Shown here one piece after another: positions 1-12,159 of a stretch of DNA of 64,000 nucleotides; the first letter of the stretch is position 1, and the number at the start of each line of letters is the position of its first letter. This DNA is from Nemertoderma westbladi (Eukaryota; Animalia; Xenacoelomorpha). Below the pieces are notes generated by a model. It worked only from the letters and a program-made list of their open reading frames with translations. It was not told where the DNA came from and ran no database searches. Both the position numbers and the translations under genes were made by a program. The stretch covers positions 102,464-166,463 of the forward strand of contig JAUCBJ010008829.1 of the NCBI GenBank assembly GCA_032718475.1. The letters are read 5' to 3'.

Positions 1-116
1 ACCCGGGATTAGAAATAAAGAGCGAGCGAGAGGGTCGATGGAAGGACGTTGATCGGAAGTGGACGATACACCAAAGATGGGAGAATCCCGATCGACGGAA
101 CTACGTTTACGTCGTT

Positions 117-1688
117 ATGGAATGCTACACCGTCGCTAAGTTTATCTGTAAAACTCTCGATAACCGTATTACGGCGGTCCCCCTTTCCTTCGTCGACTAC
201 GACTGGAACGAGGTTATAAACCACGCGTTTAAAGCAGTCGAGAACATTACACCGGGAGAATCGAAAACACCCGCCGTTATCGATTCCTGGGACGAGAGCG
301 GACCTTACGACATCCCTACGATTACCGAACTTCTCGGTGCGGAGGAGCCTCTGATCTCCTCGGAAGGGGAAGAGATATGGCTAAACGAGGGTGTTCTACT
401 CTCCACCCCGAAGCGACAACTCGAGCCGGAGGCCGCGTATGGACCAGCCGCCAAACGGGTTGCCTCGGCCGAACCGATGAAGAGAGCAGGCGTTTACACT
501 CCACGCGGCTCCGGTAGCCCCGCGAGGGAGGTGGCTACTACAGCTGCATTGAGCGACTTCGGCGACATATGCCAACGGTTATCCCCGTATCCTTTCCCGG
601 GTGGCGAAGATTGGTCGTCGGAGATTCCGAGTACCAGCCACCAACGGACCCGCGCAGCGATACTGATCGAGGAGGGCCCCAGCGACGCGCCGACCCCCGA
701 CGATCTCCTCGGTATCCCTCCGTCGAAAACCCCGGCACCTCTTCGCCGACCAGCGGTGGCTACTACACCCGCCGTTCCTCAGGAGCCTATGCGACTAACC
801 CGTTGGTACGCCAAGCAAACTGAATGGATCCACCGCCAGAAACGGTCATCCGAGTTGAGACCAACGGGACACAAAGAAGGTTATCGGAGCGAGAACCTAT
901 TACGCAAAAGCCTAGCATTCCGCGGGCTACCGACCACCGAGAATATTCCGAAGAGCGACCGACGACTTGAATACTACGTCGGCGTCCCGATTCCGATATT
1001 CCCCGGTCGAGAGATGCAGTTGGAGGTATGCGGCGACTGCGGCTCGGAGCAGTGCCCACGCGGCAGAAGGTATTGGGTTACCGATTCTTGCCTCCAGCTC
1101 CTCGGGATACTCTATTGCCCATACTGCGCGACATCGGGCCACGACGTTTCCGTCTGCCCAATCCTTTATAACCTCTGCACCACGTGCGGTTTCCGTGGAC
1201 ATTCCTCTAGCCCCCGCTGCTATATCAAATGTCCAACCAAAGACGTTACCGCTATGGGCAATATGGTCATGTTTGAAACATACGCAAACAGCCATTTAAA
1301 GACCAAGGTTCGGAGAAACGCTCGGAATATCGCGCAGGAGATGGCGTGCGGATATTTCTCCTTCCCGGAACGCCTCCACACGTCGGCCATGCTACCTTTC
1401 CATTACGTGGATCTACTACTGAGCGCCGGATTATTCGGTCCATTTGAAGTCATTAGACGATTATACTCGTATAAAGAGGAGTTCGGTGACGGAGAATGGT
1501 TCCTAGAGGCACGCAAATCTGAGTTGGAAAGACGAACCGACATGATCCCGATGCCTTCGAAAGGAAGAGCCGCCAGGAGACAAGCCGAAGCGTTACTCAC
1601 AATGGATGTTGACGCTCCTCTACCAGCCATAGCGATCGATGAGAGTCGACGGGCGAAGAGACGAAAGGCGTATCAGAGAAAGAAATAG
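117..1688 (+). CDS. 3' accessory ORF of LTR element A: zinc-knuckle-cluster protein (523+ aa; frame is open to the left edge)
   Basis: Contains CPYCATSGHDVSVC (CX2CX4HX4C), CTTCGFRGHSSSPRC and CGDCGSEQC, a Pro-rich linker and a basic C-terminus RRAKRRKAYQRKK. It ends about 160 bp before a PPT and an LTR start. No RT or integrase motifs. Confidence 0.7.
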   Translation: MECYTVAKFICKTLDNRITAVPLSFVDYDWNEVINHAFKAVENITPGESKTPAVIDSWDESGPYDIPTITELLGAEEPLISSEGEEIWLNEGVLLSTPKRQLEPEAAYGPAAKRVASAEPMKRAGVYTPRGSGSPAREVATTAALSDFGDICQRLSPYPFPGGEDWSSEIPSTSHQRTRAAILIEEGPSDAPTPDDLLGIPPSKTPAPLRRPAVATTPAVPQEPMRLTRWYAKQTEWIHRQKRSSELRPTGHKEGYRSENLLRKSLAFRGLPTTENIPKSDRRLEYYVGVPIPIFPGREMQLEVCGDCGSEQCPRGRRYWVTDSCLQLLGILYCPYCATSGHDVSVCPILYNLCTTCGFRGHSSSPRCYIKCPTKDVTAMGNMVMFETYANSHLKTKVRRNARNIAQEMACGYFSFPERLHTSAMLPFHYVDLLLSAGLFGPFEVIRRLYSYKEEFGDGEWFLEARKSELERRTDMIPMPSKGRAARRQAEALLTMDVDAPLPAIAIDESRRAKRRKAYQRKK

Positions 1689-1853
1689 TGGATCGGGATA
1701 TTCCAGGAACATTTATCGAACATTTATTTTTATACAAACTCTAGGCCAAATTAATTAAAAACTATGCAATATTAAATTTGGGTTTTTTATATTGGGAATG
1801 ACCTACGCAAACTCAATCGACCGACAGACTTCACGAAGGTCATTGGGGGGGAC

Positions 1854-3454
1854 TGTTCGCGGTATTTCAATTTTCCATAACGCGAGTTGAATATTTTTGT
1901 ATTTATTTAAAATTGATTATTCCGATATTACTACTGGGTGCGGGACCATGGGTTTTGGGCACATTCAATAAACTGGGGGCGATTTATGGGCGAACTTTGG
2001 GGCAACTTACAGGGTACGGGAATAATTTCATAGTTATAAGGGCCAGGGGGGGATGGAAAATGCAAGCAGTATTCAGGTTAGCCTGAGTACTATTAGGCCC
2101 TGGCCAACTTCCTGCTGCCTGTAGGGGTGGATTTGGTAATGCGCCAGGCCTAAAGGACAAGGACTGCCCTTAGCGGTCCCTGGCCAACAGCAGCCATTAC
2201 GAGACTGAAAAGAACTCGGACCGCTGACTGCTTGTGTCAGGGATTTGCGACGGGCACCGACGGCCCCTTAGTAGCCAAGCCGTTCTGGTTCTCGATGATC
2301 GAACCCCGGGGTTCGTGAGGGGTGGAGCGGACACGCGAACGGGTGGCCAACTAACGACTGCCCCCTGACCTAAGCCGTACTGGTTCTCGATGACCGATCC
2401 CTTCGGGGTTCGCGAGGGGTGGGACGGACATGCGAAAGGGCTGGCCACAGGACGGGTTTGACGAGAACTGCCCTTAGCGGTCTCTGGTCAACGGCAGCTA
2501 CTACGAGACTGAAAAGAACTCGGAACGCTGACTGCTTGTACTGGGATTTGCGACGGGAACCGACGACAGACCCCTTAGCCAAGCCGTACTGGTTCTCGAT
2601 GATCGTTCCCTTCGGGGTTCGTGAGGGGTGGAACGGACACGCGATGGGGTCGAAAGACAAAGGACTAGACTCGACTAGACTCTACTGGCCTACCGACTGT
2701 TCGGAGCAGTTTCTCGGCTGCCGAAGCGACTACGAGCCTGAAACGGACTCGGAAAGCCTAGGTGGTTGGGTTTCTGTGATGAACCGACGGACCCCTAGCC
2801 AAGCCGTTCTGGTTCTCGATGATCGAACCCTTCGGGGTTCGTGAGGGGTGGAACGGACACGCGAACGGGTCCACCGACACGACAGACTCCTAGCCAAGCC
2901 GTACTGGTTCTCGATGACCGAACCCTTCGGGGTTCGAGAGGGGTGGTACGGATACGCGACAGAGTCTACCGACTGGACCGACCCTTAGCCAAGCCGTGCT
3001 GGTTCTCGATGATCGTTCCCTTCGGGGTTCGTGAGGGGTGGAACGGACACGCGACAGGGTCGACCGACACCGACACTACGGCACTAAGACTGGGACCGAG
3101 GGAAAATCTGGGGAACATTAGGTAGGCTAAAATTCTGAGCGAATAGTGGGTTATTAAATAATATACCGTAGGGATTTCTATTATCGTGTATAATTATTTG
3201 GTGTATATTGATTTGGGGAAGCCCAAAATTATTCTTAATCAAGTTTCAATGATGTTGAACGGGTTTCAACTATAGGAAGTTACATTAAAGAGTATATCCA
3301 ACTAATGCAGCTTTTTATCAACCGCAAACTTGCATCTCAGAAAATATTCCCTCCCCACAATCAATATCCGGTGACTGGCCGGGGCTCGGTGGTCTGTTAA
3401 GTCACGTCTCCAGCATCGGCGTTTTTCCCCCCTGGTGTAGGGATAACGGCAACA
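1854..3454 (+). mobile_element. 3' LTR of element A (about 1.6 kb), inserted into the protease region of copy B1
   Basis: Polypurine tract GGGGGGGA (1845-1852) precedes TGTTCGC at 1854. The segment ends GGCAACA at 3454, and B-family coding sequence (NALLDSGSTG) resumes abruptly at 3455. Confidence 0.8.
2163..3075 (+). repeat. Array of structured hairpin repeats inside LTR A (six type I units of about 80 nt, two type II units of about 95 nt)
   Basis: Type I core TAGCCAAGCCGTWCTGGTTCTCGATGAYCGWWCCCTTCGGGGTTCGTGAGGGGTGGWACGGACACGCGA at about 2272, 2371, 2576, 2796, 2891 and 2986. Type II at about 2163 and 2468. ACCGAC-like linkers separate units. Confidence 0.9.
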
Positions 3455-6400
3455 AACGCCCTCCTGGACTCCGGTAGCACAGGAACATTCATCGATAAAG
3501 ATCTAGCCGAGGACATCTTTGCTGGACAACCCAAGTTCCGAACCAAGCTAAAAATGTCAGGAATCATGCAGGTTTGGAAATCTACTGTAGCTGCCGACTA
3601 TTATGTAGGTGCGTTGTCCACTCCACAGGATAAACTAGGAGAACACAGTATAAGGTCAGTAAAAATGGTAGCAATAAAGAACTTCGCTACCACCCAAGTG
3701 GAACCTTATAATTGGGATGAAGATGATCATGCCCAACAACTTAACATCCCTAGATTAGACACCGATTATCCTGGAGTACAAATATTAATCGGTCAAAACA
3801 CGCATGAGGCGCTGGAGACATTGGAGAAACGACCTGCTCAACCGCAACCACTTCAGACCTATGCGGTAAGAACTAGAGTAGGTTGGTACCTTACTGGACC
3901 TTCCCGTAGAACGCTCAGAGAAAGACTACCTCAAGATCGCGTCTGCCAAGTGAGTGAATGGGAAGATGATACTAGTGAGGGAGACGATCCAACTGAGGGA
4001 ACTCCATACTCCTCAGATAACGACGACGTCCACCAACTCTTCGACGAGGAGAATACCATTGATCTCCTTAAGGAAAACGAGACTTGGCAAAACCAAGTGA
4101 ACCTATGTCAACTCCTCCATCCATCAGAGCGAGAAGCGTATAATGACGAGCTAAATGACGTCATTGAACGTTATAATGCCAAGACTCGGGATGAACATGC
4201 CGTACGATTCTTTACGCAAGAGGCGGTAGAGCCCAATTCCTACGATAAGGCCTTAGCGGTGGAAGAGGAAAGGGCCAAGCAGATCCAAGAGACAACTACA
4301 CGTTTCCTCAAAGATCAAGGTAGGTATGAAATCGGTCTACCTTTCCGCAAGAGAGAACCGAAGTTCATCAATAACAGACCCTTGGCGGAGAAAAGAATCG
4401 CGCAACTCCATCGACGCCTTACGGCAAATTCTTCAGCTAAAGAAATGTATCAAACACAGCTGAAGAAATTTATCAGCAAGGGATATGCGGAGCGAGTACC
4501 GGAAGAAACACCTATAACTGAAAGAACGTATTACTTAACTCACCATTACGTTCCCAAACCCGGTAAACCACATGAAGTGAGAGTAGTGTTTGATGGCTCC
4601 GCTCTCTACATGGGCCAATCCCTTAATTCTGAATTGTTACCCGGACCCAACTTACTTCAATCCTTGTTGGGAATTCTTTTAAGATTGAGACAATACTCAA
4701 TCGCTTTCGCCTCAGATATAGAAGGCATGTTATTACAAGTCAAGGTGCTGGATAGGGATCGAGATAGCCTACGATTTCTGTGGTGGCCCGAAGGAGACCT
4801 CAACCAGAAACCGGTGGAGTACTGGATGACCATCCAGGCCTTTGGGATAATCTCAAGCCCTTCCAACGCCTGTTCAGTGGTGCGTACCACTGCGGATGAC
4901 AACCGTGAAGCCTTCTCTAAGGAAGTGATTGACAACATCAAGCGGGACATATACATGGACGATAATCTGAAGTCCCTTCCATCAGTTGAAGAAGCCATTG
5001 AGGTCAGTAAAGGAACGGTAGAGTGCTTAAAAAAGGGTGGATTTCGATTAACTAAATTCACCAGCAACTCCCGTGAGTTTCTGGAGTCAATCCCTGTAGA
5101 AGATCGAGGAGCGAAAGACCTAGATTTAATCAAGGATGATCTTCCAGAAACCAAGACACTCGGCTTGAAATAGGACACAGAGAGAGATATCCTGTTTTTC
5201 CAGCTAAAACAGCGAGATAATCCAGTTCGAACCAAACGGATTTGTTTAAGTATACTGAGCACTTATTTCGATCCATTGGGATTTATAAGCCCAGTTATAT
5301 TGATTGCTCGGAGTTTGGTACAACAAATGTGGCTTGAAAACCACTCATGGGACGATCCACTTAAGGGAGAATTATTAAAGAAGTGGATGAAATGGGAAGA
5401 TTCTCTGCCGGCCATCGAGGATTTTATAATTTCCCGTTCATATTTTGGTCATGTTCTCCCTACGTATTCCTATCAACTCCATGTGTTTGGAGATGCCAGC
5501 GATATGGGAATAGGTATAGTAGCCTACCTAAGAGTGGAAACTCCGGATGGAATCAAAGTCTCCTTGGTTACCTCTAAGGCATTAATCAACAATAAGTTGA
5601 AAGTTCCTCGAGCGGAGTTAAAGGCGGCTCTATACGCTACAGCCATCGGCCGGAATGTAACCGAACAGATCGATTATCCATTAGAGAAAACTGTCTATTG
5701 GACCGACGCTTTACTCGTGTTAGAGTATATAACCAATGAAGTCTGTCAGTTCAGCGTCTTCGTTACCAACAGAGTAGCCATCATACATAGTCGCACGACG
5801 ATGGATCAATGGAGACATTGCCCCGGAACGATTAATCCAGCAGACATCGCCTCCAGGGGAGCGACTCCACATGAATTGGTAAATACTCCAGAATGGTTAG
5901 GTGGACCCGACTTCCTCTACAAAGAAGAAGAAGAATGGCCTCCCCATCTTACAACCGCAGAGATTAGATAGGCCAAGGGAGCGGAGAAAGTTAAACCTAA
6001 AACTCGAGTGAGTAAATCGAAGTTATTTAAACCTACGGTCGATCTATCTGTATTACTTACTTCCGGAGATGACGCTTTGGATCAGAAGCCCACAGCCACA
6101 AATAAAGAGGTATTGGAAATCCGTGACAAGGATTGGAAATCTGGAATACCAGACATCTCGCAAGGACTCTCACCTCTACTTCAGAGAGCGATACATCACT
6201 ACAGTTCCTGGAATCGGCTCTGTAAGGCCGTCACATATTTAAAACGATGCTTTCATCATCATTACTCCAGGACGAAGACCAATAGTGATGCCGTTGTTAA
6301 AGATCTTCCCAAATACAAGATATCCGACAGGTTTCTAAAGGAGAAGATCAGTTACCAGGAGCATGAGGAAACCAACAAGCAGATACTGAGACTCCTACAA

Positions 6401-7810
6401 TGCTATGAAGATTCCGATAAGTATTTCCTGTTGTTGAGAAATCCGCAGATGCGCTTAAGGGATCGTTTCTCTAGTACAATGATAGATGGGTTAATACGCG
6501 TTGGAGGACGGCTAACTAACGCGCCATTATCCTTTGACACTAAGTTTCCCATACTCATTAGAAATCTTGACATACAAATCAAGATGATTGTAGACGTCCA
6601 TAGCAAACTGTACCATGCTGGTAGAGAACGAGTTCTTAGCGAAATTCGAACTCGCTACTATTTTTATAAACCCTGTAGAGCTCTGAACCAAGTTCTTAGG
6701 AACTGCATACCCTGTAGGAAAGCATTCAGTAGGCCTTTAACACAGCGAGAGGCAGAATTACCTAGGGAACGAGTAAGCTTCTATGAACCACCCTTTACTA
6801 ATACCGGTGTGGATTTATTTGGCCCCATTGAAGTATATCGTGCCAGGACTATAGTCAAGAGATGGTGTGTCATCTTCGTTTGTATGACTTGTAGAGCTAT
6901 CCATCTCGATATGGTGAACGATCTATCTACCAACAGCTTCGTGTTAAGTTTACGACGACAGATCGCTCGCTTCGGAACTAGTAACACGATGAGATCGGAT
7001 AAGGGAACGAACTTCATTGGCGCCAACAACGAAATTCAAGCTTACGTAAAGGACTGGAACCAAAGACAGGTGGACGACCAACTAAAGGTGACAGCGTCTA
7101 GCTGGACCTTCAACGCCGCCGACGCCCCTTGGTGGGGAGGAAGTTGGGAGAGATTGATTAGGAGCGTGAAGACTGCATTCCACTTTATAGTGCCGTGTCG
7201 CGCTTATCTCACCGACGAACTCTTGCGGACGTTAATGGAGGAAATCGCCGCCTATCTCAACGAAAGACCGCTTATGCCAGTCTCTTCGAGTCCTGATTCC
7301 CTGGAAGCGCTAACACCCGCGCACTTTCTACTGAAGAAACCCATAGCCATGCTCCCACGATCGGAGATCACAGACGGAGACGAGTACTGCCGTCAAACTT
7401 GGCAACTTATGCAGTTGCTATCCCGTCGTTTCGCTGACCATTTCGAGAAACATTATCTGCCCACTCTACAACTTCGAACTAAGTGGTTTGCGCAGCAAGA
7501 AAACGTCAGCGCTGGAGACATGGTGCTTATTGTGGACCCCGATCTTCCACGTAAGCGATGGCAAACAGGTCGTATCATTGAGACACATATCTCGAGCGAT
7601 GGTTTGGTGCGATCGGTAGAACTCGTCGTCATGCGGCGTAACTTCAAGAAACCGGGGATATTCTTTGAGACGCAACAGCTCAATCGCCCAGTGGGTCGTT
7701 TATGTTTACTGGAAAGAGACAGAGAACTCTCCGGAAACTATGGAAGGCAAGATACTCTTCCCACGACCACCTCCCTAATTCAACCAACATCTAGGGGCTC
7801 CCCAACATAA
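3455..7810 (+). pseudogene. pol: B1 pol (protease, RT, RNase H, integrase), single frame with two premature stops
   Basis: ORFs at 3554, 5276 and 6008 share one frame. Motifs ALLDSGS, YMDD, HVFGDAS, VPRAEL, YWTD, NPADIASRG, HHCC, GVDLFGP, SDKGTNF, GGSWERL. TAG stops at 5171 and 5969 correspond to Trp and Gln codons in B2/B3. Confidence 0.95.
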
Positions 7811-7828
7811 TATCGTTCGGAGTGGGCG

Positions 7829-8315
7829 TGTGACTATATTATTTTATATTCGTTTTCTTATTTTTATATTTATGTATGTATTACTATGTAATTTTGTTAT
7901 AATCGTTTTCTTTAATTTTTATTTTAAGTAGAATATTATTTAGTGATCATTTAGTAGAATAAGTGCAATATATTTGCGTTTATTACATACGTAATTACTT
8001 ATATTATATACTTAGTGTGACGGCAAGAAATATTTCTTTCTCTTTCCTTACTGTCCGTATTATATTATAAATACGTAACTACAGTAAGATGAAATGTCCG
8101 TACTTATTAAAGTACAATAAAGCCACTACTATATTCAAGTATTATTGGTAGGCAGAGTATTAGGAATGCAAAGTTCAGATCCTCGTGTCTCGGCTAAACC
8201 AAGCTCTGGGTAGACCTTGGAAACGACTTGCCTCTTCACACTGACATTGCTTTGTGCGATATTGCTCTCATACCATATATAATAATACATATAGTAGCGT
8301 GATGTCCCTACAACA
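7829..8315 (+). other. LTR-like segment inside the B1 3' region
   Basis: Purine-rich GGAGTGGGCG right after the pol stop, then TGTGAC...CAACA, AT-rich with an AATAAA. No second copy and no TSD seen. Confidence 0.35.
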
Positions 8316-8331
8316 GTAGCGTAAACCGCAA

Positions 8332-8660
8332 ATAAATCTGTTGAACCCTTTGACCATCTGTAATTCTAGTCGATTAAGATATCGTGGCACCCACCGATAT
8401 ACTTGAAAGACAAATTCTAGAATCAGTGGTTAACGTCCCCAGACAAGTTCTGGAATAAATTGGTGCCCATCTTAAATATTAATTATTTAATATTTACAAA
8501 TCTATATCTAAAAATCTGTAAAATTCAGATCCTTTAACAATTCTAGTCGATTAAGATATCGCAGCACTTACCGATACTCTTAAAAGACAATTTTCATAGA
8601 ATTAAGGATCCTATGTCCCCAGAAATGTTCTGGAATCAAATCGTGTCAATTTTACTATTA
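8332..8660 (+). repeat. Diverged direct duplication (period about 178 bp) in the B1 3' region
   Basis: AATTCTAGTCGATTAAGATATCG...GTCCCCAGA...TTCTGGAAT occurs at about 8362 and 8539. Confidence 0.8.
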
Positions 8661-10876
8661 AATAATAAAATTCACGGGAATAAATTTAAATTCATACCTT
8701 TCAATGAATTTAATAAATTGCCATTTTACGCAATTTATAACATTCCCAAAATTCCATTAATTAATAGATCACGGGAGCGGAGATTTATCCTATCAAGCGT
8801 ATTAGTGTGCGAGAATCTCCCAGACATAGTCAATAGCCGATAAAATTCATAAAGTCATGTATAAAAGGATATTGACCATTAAAGAATTACTATTAAATAA
8901 CATCCCAGATCTGTATGCATTGGAATTACCCTAATTCTACCGCTAGCTTTGCATAATGTCACCATAGCAACACCCACGCTAGAATTAGAAGCGAGTTAAA
9001 AGAACAATAGAAAGCTTGCCCATTGAATAGCATAGGGAATAAATAGCACACTGCTAGTATCCCAGGATACATAATAATAACGTGAAATTCTGGAAGGCAC
9101 TGACTAACGGACAAGTGGCCCGAGTGTGTGTAATTTGTGACAAGTTGTGTGTGTGGTATTTGTGAGTTTATAGGCGAATGTTACTACTAAGGTGTGTTTA
9201 CAGTAGCAAGTTGCAATTGTGAAAGTAACCCTAACTCTCCAGTAAAAACCTGAAGTGTATCTAAGCCTTTGGGACAGACAGTGGAGTGACTCGTGCTAGT
9301 GTCGTTGTCATTGTGTGGCTACAACGTTGGTGAGGGCACAGTGGCGACGATACGACGATACATCTGCGCTGAGGATCTTACACTTTCCGGGGGCTGATTG
9401 GGGTAGGCAGCGACGCTCGCTAGCCTAAATATAAACTCATTATAATATTAATAAACTCATATATAGCAGATATGACGGAGTTGATAGAAGATGGTCTTGG
9501 TATCAGGGAGCGATATACTCTACTTTCAAGCGTTTGTTGATAGCTTGATACGCGGTGATACTAGTCCAACTACTACGGAGGATGATGGTCGTTATATCGA
9601 ACCGACGATTTCCTGGAAGCAACTTACGCGTGAATTGGACTATGGAAAATTCACCACTCGCTACACACATCGTAATGGTATGTATATGGACTTCTTAACC
9701 ATTGGCCATTCTATCGATTTACACGATACGGACTATGTCGAACATATCCTACCCAGCGGAGTCGAAACGATAAACCGAAATTCGAATGCGAAAATCCTAT
9801 TCGAAATCGACTCGAAAGAAAGACATTAAAGAAACAAATAAACGCGGTAACTCCAACATATATTTGGAATTCTTGATAGAAGCATTGTAACAACAAATAA
9901 ATATCATCCGCGTTTCCCCTACCAGACGTGCGTCTTTGATATTATTACGATAAATGCCCTAGACCCAACTAATAAACGGAAAGACATAAACATCCACGGA
10001 AACGTTGTGCTAAACACAGTTGTACTTGTTATATTTACTGGAGTTTCGAACGAAGCTTATTCGACGTATCACCTACGCTCACTCGGCTCAAACAGTCCTT
10101 GAGTGAACCTTTGATCGGAGTTCCGGAATACTCGGTCAGACCACCTCGTTCTTGATTAGACCTCAGATTTTCGATTCTGATGGTATCACGGATCCTCACG
10201 GACTGTATTCACTGTTCCAAGATCTAGTGCTACCCTAACAATTAATCGGTAACACTCCGACAGTGATCTCTAGCTATCCGCCCATCTTACCTAGCCGGAT
10301 TGGGACGTGGACACCTAATATCACTATCCAACCGTATGGTCGTCCCCGTTTAACGCAATACAACCCTTCATCAAGGTGAAGGAGAGCGTTGTACGAAACG
10401 AGTTAAACGCTACTCTATAAAGATCAAAAAAGAAACCTGCGTTTGTTCAGATAAACGTAAGTTATAACAGCAAGTCCAATCGATAAACGAATTGGCTTTA
10501 TCTCAGTTCGATTGGGAAATCTCGAATCTCTAAGAAGATATCGAGCTTAGAAAACCCTATTCTCTGCGAGAGTTTTGGACGAACGTATCCCATGACAAGC
10601 GGAGGAAAATCAGCTCGAGGAGAAGCATATCGAAATGGACGAGACACCGACCGTAAACCCAAACCTTCTAATGCAATTGTATTGCACCTTTTACCCAGGA
10701 GTTATAGCCTTCCTAGTAAAGTGGCTCGCCCCAAAGAGAAAAGGACTCTTGCTGGCCTCGGGAAACTGCGTGAACGCCGTCCGCGCAAGAAAAACTAACT
10801 GTTTAGAGTATCTTTATGTTTTAGAAACTGTGATTTTTATATTTTATAGACTGAAAATCCCATTTTCTGGGAGCGG

Positions 10877-12085
10877 TGTAAAAGCTTTTGCGGAATTGCC
10901 CGGTTATTTTTCCTTATTTTTCCCGTAAAATACTTTGTAGTTGGTTTAGTAGGCGTAAGAGGCCATATTATTGCTGTATCGGTGTTTTTTAGAGGACCTA
11001 AGAGCTATTTCTTCCGTATGTGTACTTTGGAAGACATGGTTGGTGATTCTATGGCAATTCTATGACGCAAAATAGCTAGATCCTCTTGAAACAGTAGTTA
11101 CTATGACGACGGTTAACAGCTGAGCTGTATACGTGTCAATTTTCTTTGTTCTACGGTGTCTCTTAGTTCAGTCAACCAATCAGAGCGTTTTTACTGCTCT
11201 TGTACAGAAATTTCCTAGAAATCACGCAATGCTTTATGGGCAGTGTTTACATTCAGTCCTGAGCCCAAGAAAGAACGGCTTTTGGAATATCTGTGTTTTC
11301 AGCTCTTTAGCCCAACACTAGTAGGCTTAATTATAGGGACATATATCCGTTATCTTACTGACCTAACTCAACTGGGCAATGCATATATCTTATCGTACAT
11401 ACTTTTATATCGTTATACTGCTATTTACTGTCGGTTATTCACTATATATGGTTGATGAAATATTATATTTGGAATAACGAGAAATAATCACGAAACCCCA
11501 ATATTCTTGATATACCGAAGGTAAGAGAGACCGGTTACATATAACGATTGCGACTTATGTTAAAGTGGTTTGAAGTGAATCTAATGTTATTTGATAGACC
11601 CTACATGAGTCGGTCTGTGTTCCTTTTATATGTGACTAAAATTAGTGAAGATCGGCAGATTGGTGTGCAGTATTGTGCAGCATTGTTTATGAGTGAGACT
11701 GATAACGAAGCATTTCCTAAAGAATGCGCCATATATGTGAATTATAACTAAGCCATATCGTTGTGTGTAGTTTAAGTCATAACTCTGTTTATATAGATAG
11801 AACGCCACGTCCTAAAGGAACTGTTAATATTCCCCGAAGGTGAATAATATTTGTCAGAGATTATATAATACGATCAGTCGAATAATACAGTAGGCTTACA
11901 TAGCAATACGATTAAGCCGTCGAACCCAATCTCCCGGGTATATCAAGCGGGTGAATGATCACGCATAGATTGGTTTCGACTAGTGTAGTGAATCAAATAT
12001 TTGTCATAGGCTAAAAGCGATTTATTATCTAGAAGACATCCTAATTTGGCGGGTTAAACTGCCAAAGGTCTTAAAAGCGCGAACA
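10877..12085 (+). mobile_element. 3' LTR of B1
   Basis: TGTAAAAGC start after PPT GGGAGCGG and end AAAAGCGCGAACA. The 3' half aligns with the LTRs at 18070-19340 and 30022-31308; the U3 part is more diverged. Confidence 0.9.
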
Positions 12086-12159
12086 TACTGTATTATTGTA
12101 TATTGTGTAGTGGTGGTGGTTGTCTATTGTGTGTGCTATATATATATATATATGACCCT

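Larger units (their letters stand above)
3455..12085 (+). mobile_element. BEL/Pao LTR retrotransposon copy B1 (3' part: pol, about 3-kb 3' region, 3' LTR)
   Basis: PR-RT-RH-IN domain order with Pao-type motifs. PPT GGGAGCGG precedes an LTR homologous to those at 18070 and 30022. Confidence 0.9.

Noticed and set aside
2272-3062. SECIS elements or known small ribozymes in the LTR A array
   Set aside because: An ATGA...GA core is present, but the upper stem is only 7 bp with a UUCG loop and no apical AA. I could not match hammerhead, twister, pistol or HDV cores by eye.
2197-3125. Short ORFs within LTR A
   Set aside because: They are by-products of GC-rich tandem repeats; units are read in different frames, and the conservation pattern fits RNA structure.
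7829-8315. Functional 3' LTR of family B
   Set aside because: It is not present at the 5' ends of B2 or B3; the matching LTR is 10877-12085.
9491-9829. env gene in the B1 3' region
   Set aside because: Only 112 codons, with no signal peptide, fusion or transmembrane features visible.
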